From Acidobacteriota bacterium (GTDB taxonomy: Bacteria > Acidobacteriota > Terriglobia > Versatilivoradales > Versatilivoraceae), in assembly GCA_003224715.1 (NCBI GenBank), contig QHZP01000033.1, positions 1 through 49,793 of the forward strand: a stretch of DNA of 49,793 bases. Direction: 5' to 3'. Below are positions 26,756 through 36,930 of this stretch, one piece after another (the first letter of the stretch is position 1; every line of letters starts with the position of its first letter). Both the position numbers and the translations under genes were made by a program. The notes beneath the pieces were generated by a model. The model searched no databases, was not told where the DNA came from, and saw only the letters and a program-made list of their open reading frames with translations.

Positions 26756-29424
26756 TACCGGGATTTTTTCAGGTTCTCGATCTTTTCGGCCACATCTCGA
26801 TAGTTAACGTTAGCACCATATACCTCCAGGAAAGTATCCAAAGCAGCTTTGGTTTGGCCAGCTTGTTGATGGGCGCATCCCAAATCATAGCGCAATGCCA
26901 GATAAGTCTCCTCATCTCGCCCCGGACTGGATAAACCCTTGGTAAACCATTTAACCGCCACCTGCGGCAATCCCTTTTCCACGAAACAGAGTCCCAGCAT
27001 GTTACAGCACTTCACAAACTCTTCGCCGTTGCCACTGGGAGACTGGCCTCTGAGGGCTCTTTGAAACTCCGCGATGGCTTCTTCGAGTAGTCCCATTTCC
27101 TTAAAGGCGATGCCTAGATTATAGTGAGTTTCAAAATCCGGAACCTCGTTGTCGTCATCTTCCAGCCCTAACTTGAATTCCGCAAAAATGTCTTCCAGGC
27201 CAGAGTCCATTCCCGAGGCCGGTACGGGTTCTGCGGCAGTATTTTGTATTTTCGACGAAGCCGGTTTCCCCACGCTCTCTAAGGATGGACCTTTGAGCTC
27301 ATGGTCAAGATCTATCATGATTTCCTCAAAGGATTCGCTAGACCCGGCTGCGGTGATAGGTTCTACCGTAGTTTTCGCATCCTGAGCGACCGCCGTTGTT
27401 TCGAGACCTGCTGCCGGTTCAATTCTCTTATCCCCAGTACCTACGTCACTCGGAACTGTTGATGTGGTTTCAAACTCCTCTATTTGGACTTCTGCAGGAC
27501 GCCTCGCGCCATTCTCTGACTCCGCCATTAGTTCTACAATTTCAGGGCTCGGAGCTCCAATTGACTGCGCCTTTGACAAAGCTTCGTAACGGTCCAGTCG
27601 CTTTAACAATTCTGCATCTGCTGGAACCATTCGCAGGTACTCATCTATGCAGTTCTTTGCCTCGGCCAGAAAGCCTTGGTCAAAATAAAAGTCTATTTCT
27701 TCCAACAATTCCTGCAGTCGCTTCAAATCAGCGGAACTAATTTCCTTTTGGGGGACAGTACTTGGTTCTGCATGGATTTCAACCTCACCACTCTCAGACA
27801 ACGTAGCTTTATGAATCGGTTCCTGGTGAAGATTGGGGTCATACTGGTAGGCCTGAGTAAAGTTCCTGTTCGCGTTCTCAGTATCCTTCCTAGCAGCATA
27901 AATATTCGCCAGAACTAAACACTCTTGAGCAGCCTTTGGCAGATCCCCGCCCTTGGCGTACATATCACGAATTTTCTCGTGTATCTCGACATGATTAGGA
28001 ATAAGTTCAAGCACTTTCTTATATTGGTCTATAGCCTTTTGGTACAACCCATAACTTGAAAAAAGATCTCCCTCAACGATGAATCCTTTGACCTGCTCCT
28101 CACCGTGAGCTTGGAGAATGGCTTCCTCGTCAACTTCCTCTTCGATTTCAACAGGGGAGGCGATGGTTTTCAAGGTCGGCTCAGACACAAATTTATCTGC
28201 GATAGAGCTCATGTCAGGGACTAACCGCGGAAGTTCAATTTCCTCCCCCTTCAGACCAAGCCGCTCCTTGATTTGAGCCAAATTGTCCCGATGAGAAGGG
28301 TTACTGGGCTCTAGTTTAGCCAACTCTGTGAAAATGCTTGCTGCTTCTAATAATTGATCCTGCCTAACGTAAAGATTCCCTATCTGTTCCAGGAGCGAGG
28401 ATATGTTGTGATGGGTATTGGAAAGGTTGTAAAATTTTATGAGTTCTAATAGAGTAGGAATGTGTTCCGGGTCATTTTGCAATATGGCCTTTAGCTGACT
28501 CTCAACCGCTTCCCCATCTGCCTTTTCAACGGCAATTTCAACAACTCTCCCAATCTGCCGCACGGCGCTCTCAAAGTCACGACGCTCCGTGAAGGACTTT
28601 CCCAACGACAGAGACAACTTGTAATAATTGCTGTCTAACTCAACCAGATGGGTCGCGGTTTCTTCGGCTTCCTTTAACCGCTCCGATTTGAGATAGACAT
28701 TGAAAATGGCTTCATGCACTTCCGGGTTAAAATCATTGAATTGGATCCGATTCAAATAGGACAGGGCTTCATCGGTCTTCCCCAAATCATTTAAGACTCC
28801 GGCATAATTTAACAGAACACTCAAATTATTCTCGTCTAACTCGTAAGCTTTTCTGAAATGACTCTCTGCTTCGGCCAAGGAGCCTTTTCTTCTAAACTTC
28901 TGGGCGGCAGAATGAAAAGCTCGCGCAGCCTCGCTCTTTTTTCCTAACTTTAAACAGACTTCTGCCAGACGGCCCTCAATGGCTGGGTTTTCGGGATCGA
29001 CCTCGACAATTCTTTGCAAAATGGATATCGCATTCTCAACTTCATTTTTCCTGAGAAGACTCTCCACCACCTGAAGGTAATGGGCACGGGCATCACTAAT
29101 TAATCCTTGACGCAAATAGAGATCAGCCAGCCGAGAAAGAGCCTGCAGTTGGGCGGGATCGATCTTGCTAACCTTCTTGTACATGGCAATGGCCCGTACC
29201 ACGAATCCCCCGTTGTCATAACTCTCTGCCAATCGGGTAAAGCATTTAACTGCCTCCGGGATATTGCCGATCCTGACATACAAATCCCCCAATGTATTAA
29301 CTAAGGGGAGATCCGTAGGATCTTCCTTAATTAACTTTTGATATTCTGAAATGGCGTGACTGACTTTACCCTGAACGACGTATTTTTCGGCGGACTTCAG
29401 GACCTTGGCTTTATTTAAAGCCAT
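26755..29424 (-). CDS. Large tetratricopeptide-repeat protein (~890 aa) with an acidic central linker
   Basis: Many TPR-like units (e.g. LGDLYVRIGNIPEAVKCF, LADLYLRQGLISDARAHY, YNLGIAFKEMGLLEEAIAEF). Start placed at ATG 29424 (MALNKAKV), which follows GGGGGAAG. The ORF is open to GTG 29433. Confidence 0.8.
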   Translation of the reverse strand: MALNKAKVLKSAEKYVVQGKVSHAISEYQKLIKEDPTDLPLVNTLGDLYVRIGNIPEAVKCFTRLAESYDNGGFVVRAIAMYKKVSKIDPAQLQALSRLADLYLRQGLISDARAHYLQVVESLLRKNEVENAISILQRIVEVDPENPAIEGRLAEVCLKLGKKSEAARAFHSAAQKFRRKGSLAEAESHFRKAYELDENNLSVLLNYAGVLNDLGKTDEALSYLNRIQFNDFNPEVHEAIFNVYLKSERLKEAEETATHLVELDSNYYKLSLSLGKSFTERRDFESAVRQIGRVVEIAVEKADGEAVESQLKAILQNDPEHIPTLLELIKFYNLSNTHHNISSLLEQIGNLYVRQDQLLEAASIFTELAKLEPSNPSHRDNLAQIKERLGLKGEEIELPRLVPDMSSIADKFVSEPTLKTIASPVEIEEEVDEEAILQAHGEEQVKGFIVEGDLFSSYGLYQKAIDQYKKVLELIPNHVEIHEKIRDMYAKGGDLPKAAQECLVLANIYAARKDTENANRNFTQAYQYDPNLHQEPIHKATLSESGEVEIHAEPSTVPQKEISSADLKRLQELLEEIDFYFDQGFLAEAKNCIDEYLRMVPADAELLKRLDRYEALSKAQSIGAPSPEIVELMAESENGARRPAEVQIEEFETTSTVPSDVGTGDKRIEPAAGLETTAVAQDAKTTVEPITAAGSSESFEEIMIDLDHELKGPSLESVGKPASSKIQNTAAEPVPASGMDSGLEDIFAEFKLGLEDDDNEVPDFETHYNLGIAFKEMGLLEEAIAEFQRALRGQSPSGNGEEFVKCCNMLGLCFVEKGLPQVAVKWFTKGLSSPGRDEETYLALRYDLGCAHQQAGQTKAALDTFLEVYGANVNYRDVAEKIENLKKSR

Positions 29425-29485
29425 GTTGGACACTTCCCCCAGAATTTAGAAGTTACAACAAATCTAGCATTGGGGTATATCGATG

Positions 29486-30130
29486 TCAACCTCGAACCCC
29501 TCGAAACGTAACCCGATGGTAAGGCGTGGGACCCAAGCTGTTCAAGGCTTGGAGATGTTTTGAAGTAGCATAGCCCTTATTATTTCCTAGATCATATCCC
29601 GGATAATCTAAGTCCAGGCGAGAGATCAGGCCATCTCGTTCAACCTTGGCCAGAATCGAGGCGGCTGCAATAGAAACAGAACGAGTATCTCCCCTGATTA
29701 TATTTTTCTGGGGAATACTAAGATTCGTTATAACGATCCCATCGCAAAGTATGTAATCCGGTTTTTGCTTTAAACCGTTAATTGCTTGTCTCATTGCCTC
29801 CCGAGTGGCTTCCAATATATTGATGCGATCGATGACGGAAGACTCGACAAAGGCAATGGAAAAGTCTTCTGCTGCCCTCCTTATACTTTCGGCTAATTGC
29901 AGCCTTTGGTTAGCACTTAGTTTCTTGGAGTCGTTTATCCCAATAGGGATAGTATGAGCCATGTCAAAAACAACGGCAGCAGCGCAAACCGGGCCGAAGA
30001 GGGCACCTCTCCCCACTTCATCTAATCCAGCAACTCTTCGATAGCCCTGCTCCAAAGCCAGCCTTTCGAAAGTCAAGTCGCAGGATGAGCCTCTTTCCCG
30101 GAGAGAACCAAGGAAGCAAGACGTGCCCAT
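29486..30130 (-). CDS. rnhB: Ribonuclease HII
   Basis: AGLDEVGRGALFGPV catalytic motif, IAAASILAKV, and GYATSKH. Confidence 0.9.
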   Translation of the reverse strand: MGTSCFLGSLRERGSSCDLTFERLALEQGYRRVAGLDEVGRGALFGPVCAAAVVFDMAHTIPIGINDSKKLSANQRLQLAESIRRAAEDFSIAFVESSVIDRINILEATREAMRQAINGLKQKPDYILCDGIVITNLSIPQKNIIRGDTRSVSIAAASILAKVERDGLISRLDLDYPGYDLGNNKGYATSKHLQALNSLGPTPYHRVTFRGVRG

Positions 30131-30258
30131 CGATTCTAGACCGACTCCGAGAAGATGTGCAATTTTCGAAGCTGCGCGTTGGTGGACTGGCAGGCAAGAA
30201 AGGTCAAGCCTTTTGGATTTTCGAAGGCCAACTTCATCGGCAAGAGGGTAAGATATCT

Positions 30259-30606
30259 CTAAACTGGTTTAATTTCTTTAATCTTTGCAGCTTTTCCCTT
30301 GAGACTTCGCAAATAGTAAAGCTTAGCTCTTCTGACTCTTCCTTTTTTAACAATTTCAATTTGTTCAATCACCGGAGAATGAAGCGGGAAAATTCTCTCG
30401 ACACCCTGACCAAAGGAGATTTTCCTCACTGTGAAACTGGACCGAAGATCACCATTCTTGCGAGCAATCACAATTCCTTCAAAAATCTGGATTCGCTCCT
30501 TATCGCCTTCTTTGATTTTCACGTGAACCCGTACGGTATCGCCCACTCGAAACGTGGGTAGGTTAGTTCGCATTTCACCTTTTTCAATGATACTCAATGC
30601 ATTCAT
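30259..30606 (-). CDS. rplS: 50S ribosomal protein L19
   Basis: [37 protein letters not shown]. Start placed at ATG 30606 (MNALSIIEK). The ORF is open to TTG 30618. Confidence 0.93.
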   Translation of the reverse strand: MNALSIIEKGEMRTNLPTFRVGDTVRVHVKIKEGDKERIQIFEGIVIARKNGDLRSSFTVRKISFGQGVERIFPLHSPVIEQIEIVKKGRVRRAKLYYLRSLKGKAAKIKEIKPV

Positions 30607-30627
30607 AAGGTCCCTCAAATTCTGCAG

Positions 30628-31404
30628 CTATGGTTCTAATTTCAATTCCAACAGACGCTTATCAGCTTCAGAGATATGGCTGTATTGTAATAAGTCCGGA
30701 CGATTTTTCAAAGTTTTTTCTAGAGCTTTCTTTCTCCGCCAAAGATGGATCTTCTGATGGTCACCAGATAAGAGTAACTCAGGCACCTTCAGCCCTTGAA
30801 AATTCTCAGGACGAGTATACTGGGGGTAATCCAGGATCGTGTAACCTTGGCTGCTCCCAGATCCCAAATTTCTCCTCACAAAAGACTCGTTCAGTGTGCT
30901 GTCGTCCTTATTTAGGACTCCTGGAACTAATCGAGTTACGGAATCAATTAAGACACAGGCGGCCAGTTCGCCACCACTGAGCACGTAATCACCAATCGAA
31001 ATCTCGTCGTCTGTCAAATACTCCCTTACACGCTCATCGACACCTTCGTATCTTCCGCAGATTAACATCATCTGACTATGCATAGAGAGTTCGAAGGCAA
31101 CTTCCTGGTTAAGTTTCCGACCTTGGGGCGACAAGAGAATCACATTCCTCTGTACACCAGATCGACTGTCACAGATACTCTCGACAGCCCGAAAGATTGG
31201 CTCCGGCTTAAGTATCATCCCCTCACCTCCACCAAATGGACGGTCATCCACTGTCTTATGCCGATCTTGTGTGAATCCTCTCAAATCATGAATTTGGATA
31301 CTCACCTTCTTCTTCTTCTGAGCTTGGCTTATGATGCCATGAGAAAAAGGGCCGTCGAAATAATTCGGGAATATGGTGATGATATGGAATGTCAAAACTG
31401 ACAT
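30628..31404 (-). CDS. trmD: tRNA (guanine37-N1)-methyltransferase
   Basis: FHIITIFP opening, DDRPFGGGEGM, and GRYEGVDERV. Confidence 0.93.
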   Translation of the reverse strand: MSVLTFHIITIFPNYFDGPFSHGIISQAQKKKKVSIQIHDLRGFTQDRHKTVDDRPFGGGEGMILKPEPIFRAVESICDSRSGVQRNVILLSPQGRKLNQEVAFELSMHSQMMLICGRYEGVDERVREYLTDDEISIGDYVLSGGELAACVLIDSVTRLVPGVLNKDDSTLNESFVRRNLGSGSSQGYTILDYPQYTRPENFQGLKVPELLLSGDHQKIHLWRRKKALEKTLKNRPDLLQYSHISEADKRLLELKLEP

Positions 31405-31439
31405 CTTATGGGGCGGGAAAAAGCAGAGTAAAGCGGGAC

Positions 31440-31958
31440 CTAGAGGTTCTCAAGTCCCTCCGGCAGGCTGCAGATCAGTTCCTTTCTTTCTAAATCAACC
31501 CTTACTAACATACTTTCAGCAAACGGAATCAAAAGCTCTCCGGAATCCCGGTCGACTTTCAGCAGATAGCCTGCTCCCGTGTCGAGGATCCCTGAGACCA
31601 TTCCATACTGATAGCCGTTTACATCTTTCACGACACAATCAACCAATTCATGCTGGTAATAGGATCCTTCCTTTAAGGGGATCACCTCGCTTTTGGGAAT
31701 CTTGACTTCATAACCTCTCAAAACTTCGGCTAGGGATATACTATCTATCCCCCTAAATTTCAAAATGACTCTTTGCTTATGAAACCAGAAAGAGTCTAGC
31801 GTTAAACATCGGGGTGGCTCTGTATTTTTTTGAAGAAAAACCTCAGTTAAGAGTTCAAATCGGTTAGGGAAATCTGTGAGCATTTCAGCCACTACTTCTC
31901 CTCGATTTCCTCGAGTCCTGATGACTTTGGCGATGGTTATTAATTCAGCTTGGGTCAA
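31440..31958 (-). CDS. rimM: 16S rRNA processing protein RimM
   Basis: ITIAKVIRTRGNRGEV opening. It sits between the KH-domain gene and trmD. TTG start. Confidence 0.88.
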   Translation of the reverse strand: MTQAELITIAKVIRTRGNRGEVVAEMLTDFPNRFELLTEVFLQKNTEPPRCLTLDSFWFHKQRVILKFRGIDSISLAEVLRGYEVKIPKSEVIPLKEGSYYQHELVDCVVKDVNGYQYGMVSGILDTGAGYLLKVDRDSGELLIPFAESMLVRVDLERKELICSLPEGLENL

Positions 31959-31966
31959 AGTGCTGG

Positions 31967-32197
31967 CTACTCCAAGATTTCAAGGGTGAATCTTTTCTTT
32001 AACTTCATTCCTGCAGCACCTAGGATGGTCCTAATTGATCGAGCTGTCCGTCCCTGTTTACCAATGACTTTACCAAGGTCACTGGGAGCAACTCTGAGTT
32101 CGAGAACGGTCGTTTGTTCACCTTCAATGGGCTTCACTGAAACTTGATCAGGGTTGTCCACTAACGCTTTTGCGATTTGTTCAATTAGCTCTTTCAT
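31967..32197 (-). CDS. KH-domain RNA-binding protein (YlqC family)
   Basis: 76 aa with a [21 protein letters not shown] motif. It sits between rpsP and rimM. Confidence 0.88.
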   Translation of the reverse strand: MKELIEQIAKALVDNPDQVSVKPIEGEQTTVLELRVAPSDLGKVIGKQGRTARSIRTILGAAGMKLKKRFTLEILE

Positions 32198-32275
32198 AGC
32201 TACCTCCTCATTGTGGTCTGGTCGATTCCAAGACGAAGCGTCTTGAACTCAATTAACAGGAATAAGAATGCAACC

Positions 32276-32509
32276 TCAATCAATTGCTTTTGACAAGGCC
32301 CTTACCGTATCGCTCGGCTGCGCCCCCTTGGCTACCCAGTAAGCATATTTTTCTTTGTTGAGTTTGAAAGTTGCGGGATTTTTCTTAGGTTCGTAATATC
32401 CCAATACCTCGACAAACCTTCCGTCTCGAGCCCTCGACTTTTCAATCACAACTATTCGGTAAGTTGGTTTTTTCTTTGAACCCACTCGAGATAATCTGAT
32501 CTTTAACAA
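32276..32509 (-). CDS. rpsP: 30S ribosomal protein S16
   Basis: (M)LKIRLSRVGSKKKPTYRIVV. Start moved to TTG 32509, which lies 7 nt after GGAGG. The ORF is open to GTG 32524. Confidence 0.92.
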   Translation of the reverse strand: MLKIRLSRVGSKKKPTYRIVVIEKSRARDGRFVEVLGYYEPKKNPATFKLNKEKYAYWVAKGAQPSDTVRALSKAID

Positions 32510-32957
32510 AAAAAATACCTCCACTCATTATAATTGAGATTATCTATCTCGTTCTTCTCCAATATGCTGAAAGAGCGCCCGTCACGGTGGACAGCCGAGA
32601 CCGTTGAGTGCTTCCTAAAATGGCGACAAATCTTCATTCAATCAAATATTAACAAATGTAACGAAAATACTTAAGTAAAAAATTATGACTCCAAAATGGC
32701 CACATGTGTGGCCAACAGGCTCAGGACAAGGCATCTATCGAATTGGGGCTAATCCAATAACACCGTCTCCAAGGTTGGACTTCCCACGACGAAGCCTTCT
32801 GGCCAAATGAAAAGCAAGAAATCTAAGCAGCGAGGGCAACCACGAGGTCAGTTTTGGTCGACTATCCCGAGCGAACTGCCTTGACCCGCCAGGGTATTTC
32901 TGAAAGAATCATTGAACGAATCTGATGTGCAAGACACACTTTTTCCGTTGAAGGCAT

Positions 32958-34046
32958 TTGACTTTCCTTTGCCGGAGCCCTGCAGTGAAGCCAGATAAGG
33001 TTCTCATTCAAGGTCGCGGCGCCGTTTCGAACCCGCCCAATCGTTTCGACACACTCTGGTATGTTTCCGAAAACGAGTCGACCCAGGAAGACGATCCCAC
33101 ACCCGGAACTCATTTTCTCAGAGATCCCTCCCGCTCCCTCGTTACCTACAACGATAGTCCCGATGTTGGATTTGATGCCAGCATAAACCCTTACCGCGGC
33201 TGTGAGCATGGCTGCATCTACTGCTATGCTCGTCCAACGCACGAGTATCTTGGCTTTTCAGCCGGCCTCGATTTCGAAACCAGGATCCTCGTCAAGGAAG
33301 ACGCACCGGCACTTCTCCGGCAGGAACTTGCCTCGGCAAACTGGCGACCACAGGTGATCGCGATTAGCGGAGTGACAGACCCTTATCAGCCAGTGGAACG
33401 ACGCCTGAGACTAACCCGGCAGTGCTTGGAAGTCCTGGTCGAGTTCCGTAATCCGGTTGTGATTATTACCAAAAACCATCTTGTGACCCGGGATTTGGAC
33501 TTGTTGGAGGAACTGGCGCACCTGGAAGCAGCGGCTATTTTTTTGTCGGTGACAACGCTGGACTCGCGCCTGAGCCAGGTGATGGAGCCACGAGCCTCCC
33601 ACCCGCTCCACAGGCTGGCTGCCATCGAGACGCTCGCCCGAGCGAAAGTTCCTGTTGGAGTGCTGGTTGCACCGGTCATCCCCGGACTCACGGACCACGA
33701 AGTTCCCTCCATCATCGCGGCTTGCGCTCAAGCCGGTGCCAGGTATGCCGGGTACGTTCTGTTACGATTGCCTCATGCCGTTTTGCCTCTGTTTGAAGAA
33801 TGGCTAACCCATCATTTCCCGGAACGCAAAGAAAAAGTGCTCCAGCGTATTCGCTCCACGCGAGGTGGCAAGCTGTATGACTCTCGCTTCGTTTCACGGA
33901 TGAAGGGAGAAGGAGTGCTTGCCAAACAAATTTCGTCGCTATTTTCTTTGGCCTGCCGGAGAGCAGGTTTGATAGGAAGGACGCCCAAACTTTCAATCGG
34001 CTCGTTCCGAGGACCGCGAGATCGACAGCTCTCGCTCTTCCCATAG
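32958..34046 (+). CDS. Radical SAM protein, PA0069/SplB-like family (COG1533)
   Basis: GRGAVSNPPNRF near the N-terminus and NPYRGCEHGCIYCYAR (CxxxCxxC). The start is uncertain (TTG 32958 or GTG 32985). Confidence 0.8.
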   Translation: MTFLCRSPAVKPDKVLIQGRGAVSNPPNRFDTLWYVSENESTQEDDPTPGTHFLRDPSRSLVTYNDSPDVGFDASINPYRGCEHGCIYCYARPTHEYLGFSAGLDFETRILVKEDAPALLRQELASANWRPQVIAISGVTDPYQPVERRLRLTRQCLEVLVEFRNPVVIITKNHLVTRDLDLLEELAHLEAAAIFLSVTTLDSRLSQVMEPRASHPLHRLAAIETLARAKVPVGVLVAPVIPGLTDHEVPSIIAACAQAGARYAGYVLLRLPHAVLPLFEEWLTHHFPERKEKVLQRIRSTRGGKLYDSRFVSRMKGEGVLAKQISSLFSLACRRAGLIGRTPKLSIGSFRGPRDRQLSLFP

Positions 34047-34074
34047 AAAAATGGACGAGGACAAGGGCAGGAGT

Positions 34075-35403
34075 CTAAAGACCAAGAAGTTTTAGGATCT
34101 GGCTCTTCTTGGGTTCGACTTTAATGGGGGCATTGGAATAGGTCGATTGGATCTTATCTTTCCGCTCAATCAATTCGTTCTTGTAGCTGGCCATCTCAAA
34201 GAGGGAGTCCTGATGGTAATTAATCGTGTAATCTGGATCTTTCAGCAGATTGCCTGTTAACACCGCGACGACGTCTTCGTCTCGATCGATTTCCTTCGTC
34301 TGAACCAATTTCTTGATTCCTGCCACCGTCGTGGCCGACGCCGGTTCGCAACCAATACCGTCTCGCCCTATGATGGCTTTGGCGTCAGCGATCTCCTGCT
34401 CGCTGACTACGTCACACCAACCTCGAGTCCAATCCATGGCTCGCACTGCCTTTTTCCAAGACACAGGGTTCCCGATTTTAATAGCGGTGGCCAAGGTGTG
34501 AGCTTCCACGGGAATCAACCGCGGCGACTGATATATGAGAGTTCGATAAAGAGGATTTGCCCGGGCAGCCTGAATAATCGTAACCATGGGCATTTTATGA
34601 ATGAAGCCTAGATCATAGAGCTCTTTGATAGCCTTTCCAAACGAAGAGCTGTTGCCCAGGTTGCCTCCTGGAACAACCACTCTATCCGGAACCTGCCAGC
34701 CTCGCTGGGCCAACATTTCCACAATGATGGTCTTTTGTCCCTCCAGGCGAAAGGGATTGATGGAGTTGAGCAGGTAAACGTCCGTTTCTTCCGTGATTTC
34801 TTTGACCATCTTCATTGCTTCGTCGAAGTCTCCCTGGATCTGAAGCGTCAACCCACCATAATCCAGACTCTGAGAGAGTTTCCCAAAAGCAATTTGCTGA
34901 TCGGGAATGAAGATGACTGCCTTCAGGTTGGCTCGAGCAGCATAAGCAGCCATGGAGGCAGATGTATTCCCGGTACTGGCGCAAGCCACAATTTTGGAGC
35001 TCATCAGGAGCGCCTGAGTCACGCCTGCGGTCATTCCGTTATCCTTAAACGACCCGGTTGGGTTAAGGCCCTGGTGCTTCAAATAGAGTCTTTTCAGTCC
35101 GGAGTAGTCTGCGCAACGGGGAGCCTCATAGATCGGAGTATTGCCTTCCTGCATGGACACCACTTTTGTCGGATCAGGGCAGAAAGGTATCAGCTCCCGG
35201 TAGCGCCAAACCCCGCTAAGATCCAGTGGGTCATTGGATAATCTTCGTTGCTGAAAAACTCGTTTTATCTCTTCGGGATCACCCAATTGAAAATCATAAA
35301 GGACATCCAGCAGGCCTCCACATTGGGGGCAGACATAAGACTTGGTGTTTGAGGGAAGAACTTTCTGGCAGTTTGCTTCGATGCACTTCAAATAAACATT
35401 CAT
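34075..35403 (-). CDS. thrC: Threonine synthase (long form with N-terminal zinc ribbon)
   Basis: CIEANC...CPQCGG zinc ribbon and PLP-lysine motif NPTGSFKDNGM. Start placed at ATG 35403. The ORF is open to TTG 35421. Confidence 0.9.
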   Translation of the reverse strand: MNVYLKCIEANCQKVLPSNTKSYVCPQCGGLLDVLYDFQLGDPEEIKRVFQQRRLSNDPLDLSGVWRYRELIPFCPDPTKVVSMQEGNTPIYEAPRCADYSGLKRLYLKHQGLNPTGSFKDNGMTAGVTQALLMSSKIVACASTGNTSASMAAYAARANLKAVIFIPDQQIAFGKLSQSLDYGGLTLQIQGDFDEAMKMVKEITEETDVYLLNSINPFRLEGQKTIIVEMLAQRGWQVPDRVVVPGGNLGNSSSFGKAIKELYDLGFIHKMPMVTIIQAARANPLYRTLIYQSPRLIPVEAHTLATAIKIGNPVSWKKAVRAMDWTRGWCDVVSEQEIADAKAIIGRDGIGCEPASATTVAGIKKLVQTKEIDRDEDVVAVLTGNLLKDPDYTINYHQDSLFEMASYKNELIERKDKIQSTYSNAPIKVEPKKSQILKLLGL

Positions 35404-35516
35404 GGCGTAAATGTAATTCAACTACTCGCAAATCTCAACACAATAGCTGCAACTGACAATTCCGTTAACGGAAGTTTGCCAGAGTCGGCGATGTGGCGGG
35501 AAAGAGTTAGCCTAGA

Positions 35517-35663
35517 CCGTTACGCTCGTTACAAACGAGAATTTTGTCCTCGGGAGGTCTGCGAGCCTGAAGCGCAAGCGAGGGTCATCCCCATTGACCT
35601 CGCTTGCGCTTCGGGCTCAGCGGTGGGGCAGGGATATCGAGGGGGCAGCTCTTGTCTAGTTAC
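35517..35663 (-). repeat. Structured intergenic repeat, copy C (inverted orientation)
   Basis: CCGTTA...AAACGAGAATTTTGTCCTCG...GAGCCTGAAGCGCAAGCGAGGGTCA-TCCCCAT-TGACCTCGCTTGCGCTTCGGGCTC...GGGGCAGGGATATC...CTAGTTAC aligns by eye with the reverse complement of copy D. Confidence 0.8.
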
Positions 35664-35713
35664 CTGATTTGGGAATCGCCCGCTCTTTCACCCTCGGAAT
35701 TCGGAATTCGAGT

Positions 35714-36826
35714 TCAAGTCAACTTCAGGTTTACGTCAGCATTCAAGCTCATGTCAGCAAACTCTCTCCGCACCAGCTTGGGGTATCCCGCTGCTGCAAT
35801 CATGGCAGCGTTGTCTGTGGAAAGAATTGCAGAAGGAAAATATACTGGCAGCCCCATTTTTTCGAAGCCTTGTTTGAAACGGCTTCGAAGCCAACTATTA
35901 CAGGCAACACCCCCGGAAACCATGATGGAACGGCTTCTGTAATTCTCTACGGCCGTTCTTGTATTGATGAATAGACTTTCTATGACAGCTCGCTGAAAGC
36001 TGGCTATTACATCATAGATGGATTGGGGCAAGTGTTCTAAGAACGATTTGTCTTGACGCTGAAGACAAATGGTCGTGAGTTCGTTTTTCAGATGGGCTTG
36101 AGCATAGCGGAGCACCGCTGTTTTGATCCCTGAGAAACTAAAATCCAACCTGGCGTCCCGGATCTTTGCGATAGGAAACTCCACGGCCAGTGGATTTCCC
36201 ATCTTGGCTAGCCTGTCAATAACGGGTCCCCCGGGATAGCCTAGATGGAGTAACTTGGCAACTTTGTCAAACGCTTCCCCAGCAGCGTCGTCGCGAGTGC
36301 GTCCGACCAATTGATACTGTTCCTTTCGGCTTCCATTGGAAGTGATCGGTCTAATCCAGAAGAGACTTGTGTGTCCCCCGGACACTACCAAGGCTAGCGC
36401 AGGAAAGAGGGTGTTCCAATCAGTGGAAGACGCTCTGCTTTTTTCCTCTTCGCAGGCTATGTGGAGGGGCACTGAATAGATGTGTCCTTCAATATGATTT
36501 ACTGCGACCAGAGGTCGTTGCAGACTAAAGCACAAGGCCTTGGCATAATTAATGCCGACCAAAAGCGAACCGACTAAGCCAGGACCTTGAGTTACAGCCA
36601 CGCCTGCAATCTCAGCCGGGTGGATCCCTGCTTCGCTTACAGCCGCATTCACAATCGGTACTATGTTTTCCAAATGGTGTCGGGATGCTAATTCTGGAAC
36701 AACGCCGCCATACTTTTTATGAATCGCAATCTGAGACGCAATACAGTTAGAAAGGATAGTCTTCCCGTCTCGTAACACCGCCGCCGCAGTCTCGTCGCAG
36801 GACGATTCAATTCCCAGTATCAGCAT
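35714..36826 (-). CDS. tsaD: tRNA N6-adenosine threonylcarbamoyltransferase
   Basis: MLILGIESSCDETAAAV opening, metal site NHIEGHIY, and GGVACNSWLR. Confidence 0.93.
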   Translation of the reverse strand: MLILGIESSCDETAAAVLRDGKTILSNCIASQIAIHKKYGGVVPELASRHHLENIVPIVNAAVSEAGIHPAEIAGVAVTQGPGLVGSLLVGINYAKALCFSLQRPLVAVNHIEGHIYSVPLHIACEEEKSRASSTDWNTLFPALALVVSGGHTSLFWIRPITSNGSRKEQYQLVGRTRDDAAGEAFDKVAKLLHLGYPGGPVIDRLAKMGNPLAVEFPIAKIRDARLDFSFSGIKTAVLRYAQAHLKNELTTICLQRQDKSFLEHLPQSIYDVIASFQRAVIESLFINTRTAVENYRSRSIMVSGGVACNSWLRSRFKQGFEKMGLPVYFPSAILSTDNAAMIAAAGYPKLVRREFADMSLNADVNLKLT

Positions 36827-36930
36827 GCGTTACAAGCCTTCTCCCTGCCGATTTGCCATAGGAGTTTGACGCCTGGCAATGCTTCTGCTATGATTTGGGT
36901 TTTTGAGTTGGCCTTTATAGGAGGTTTGCT

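Noticed and set aside
26503-26760. Looked for a TPP riboswitch upstream of thiE. Also looked for a preQ1 riboswitch upstream of tgt (48186-48262).
   Set aside because: thiE is immediately preceded by coding sequence. No CTGAGA...ACCTGATCTGGATAATGCCAGCG-like TPP core and no preQ1 motif is visible.
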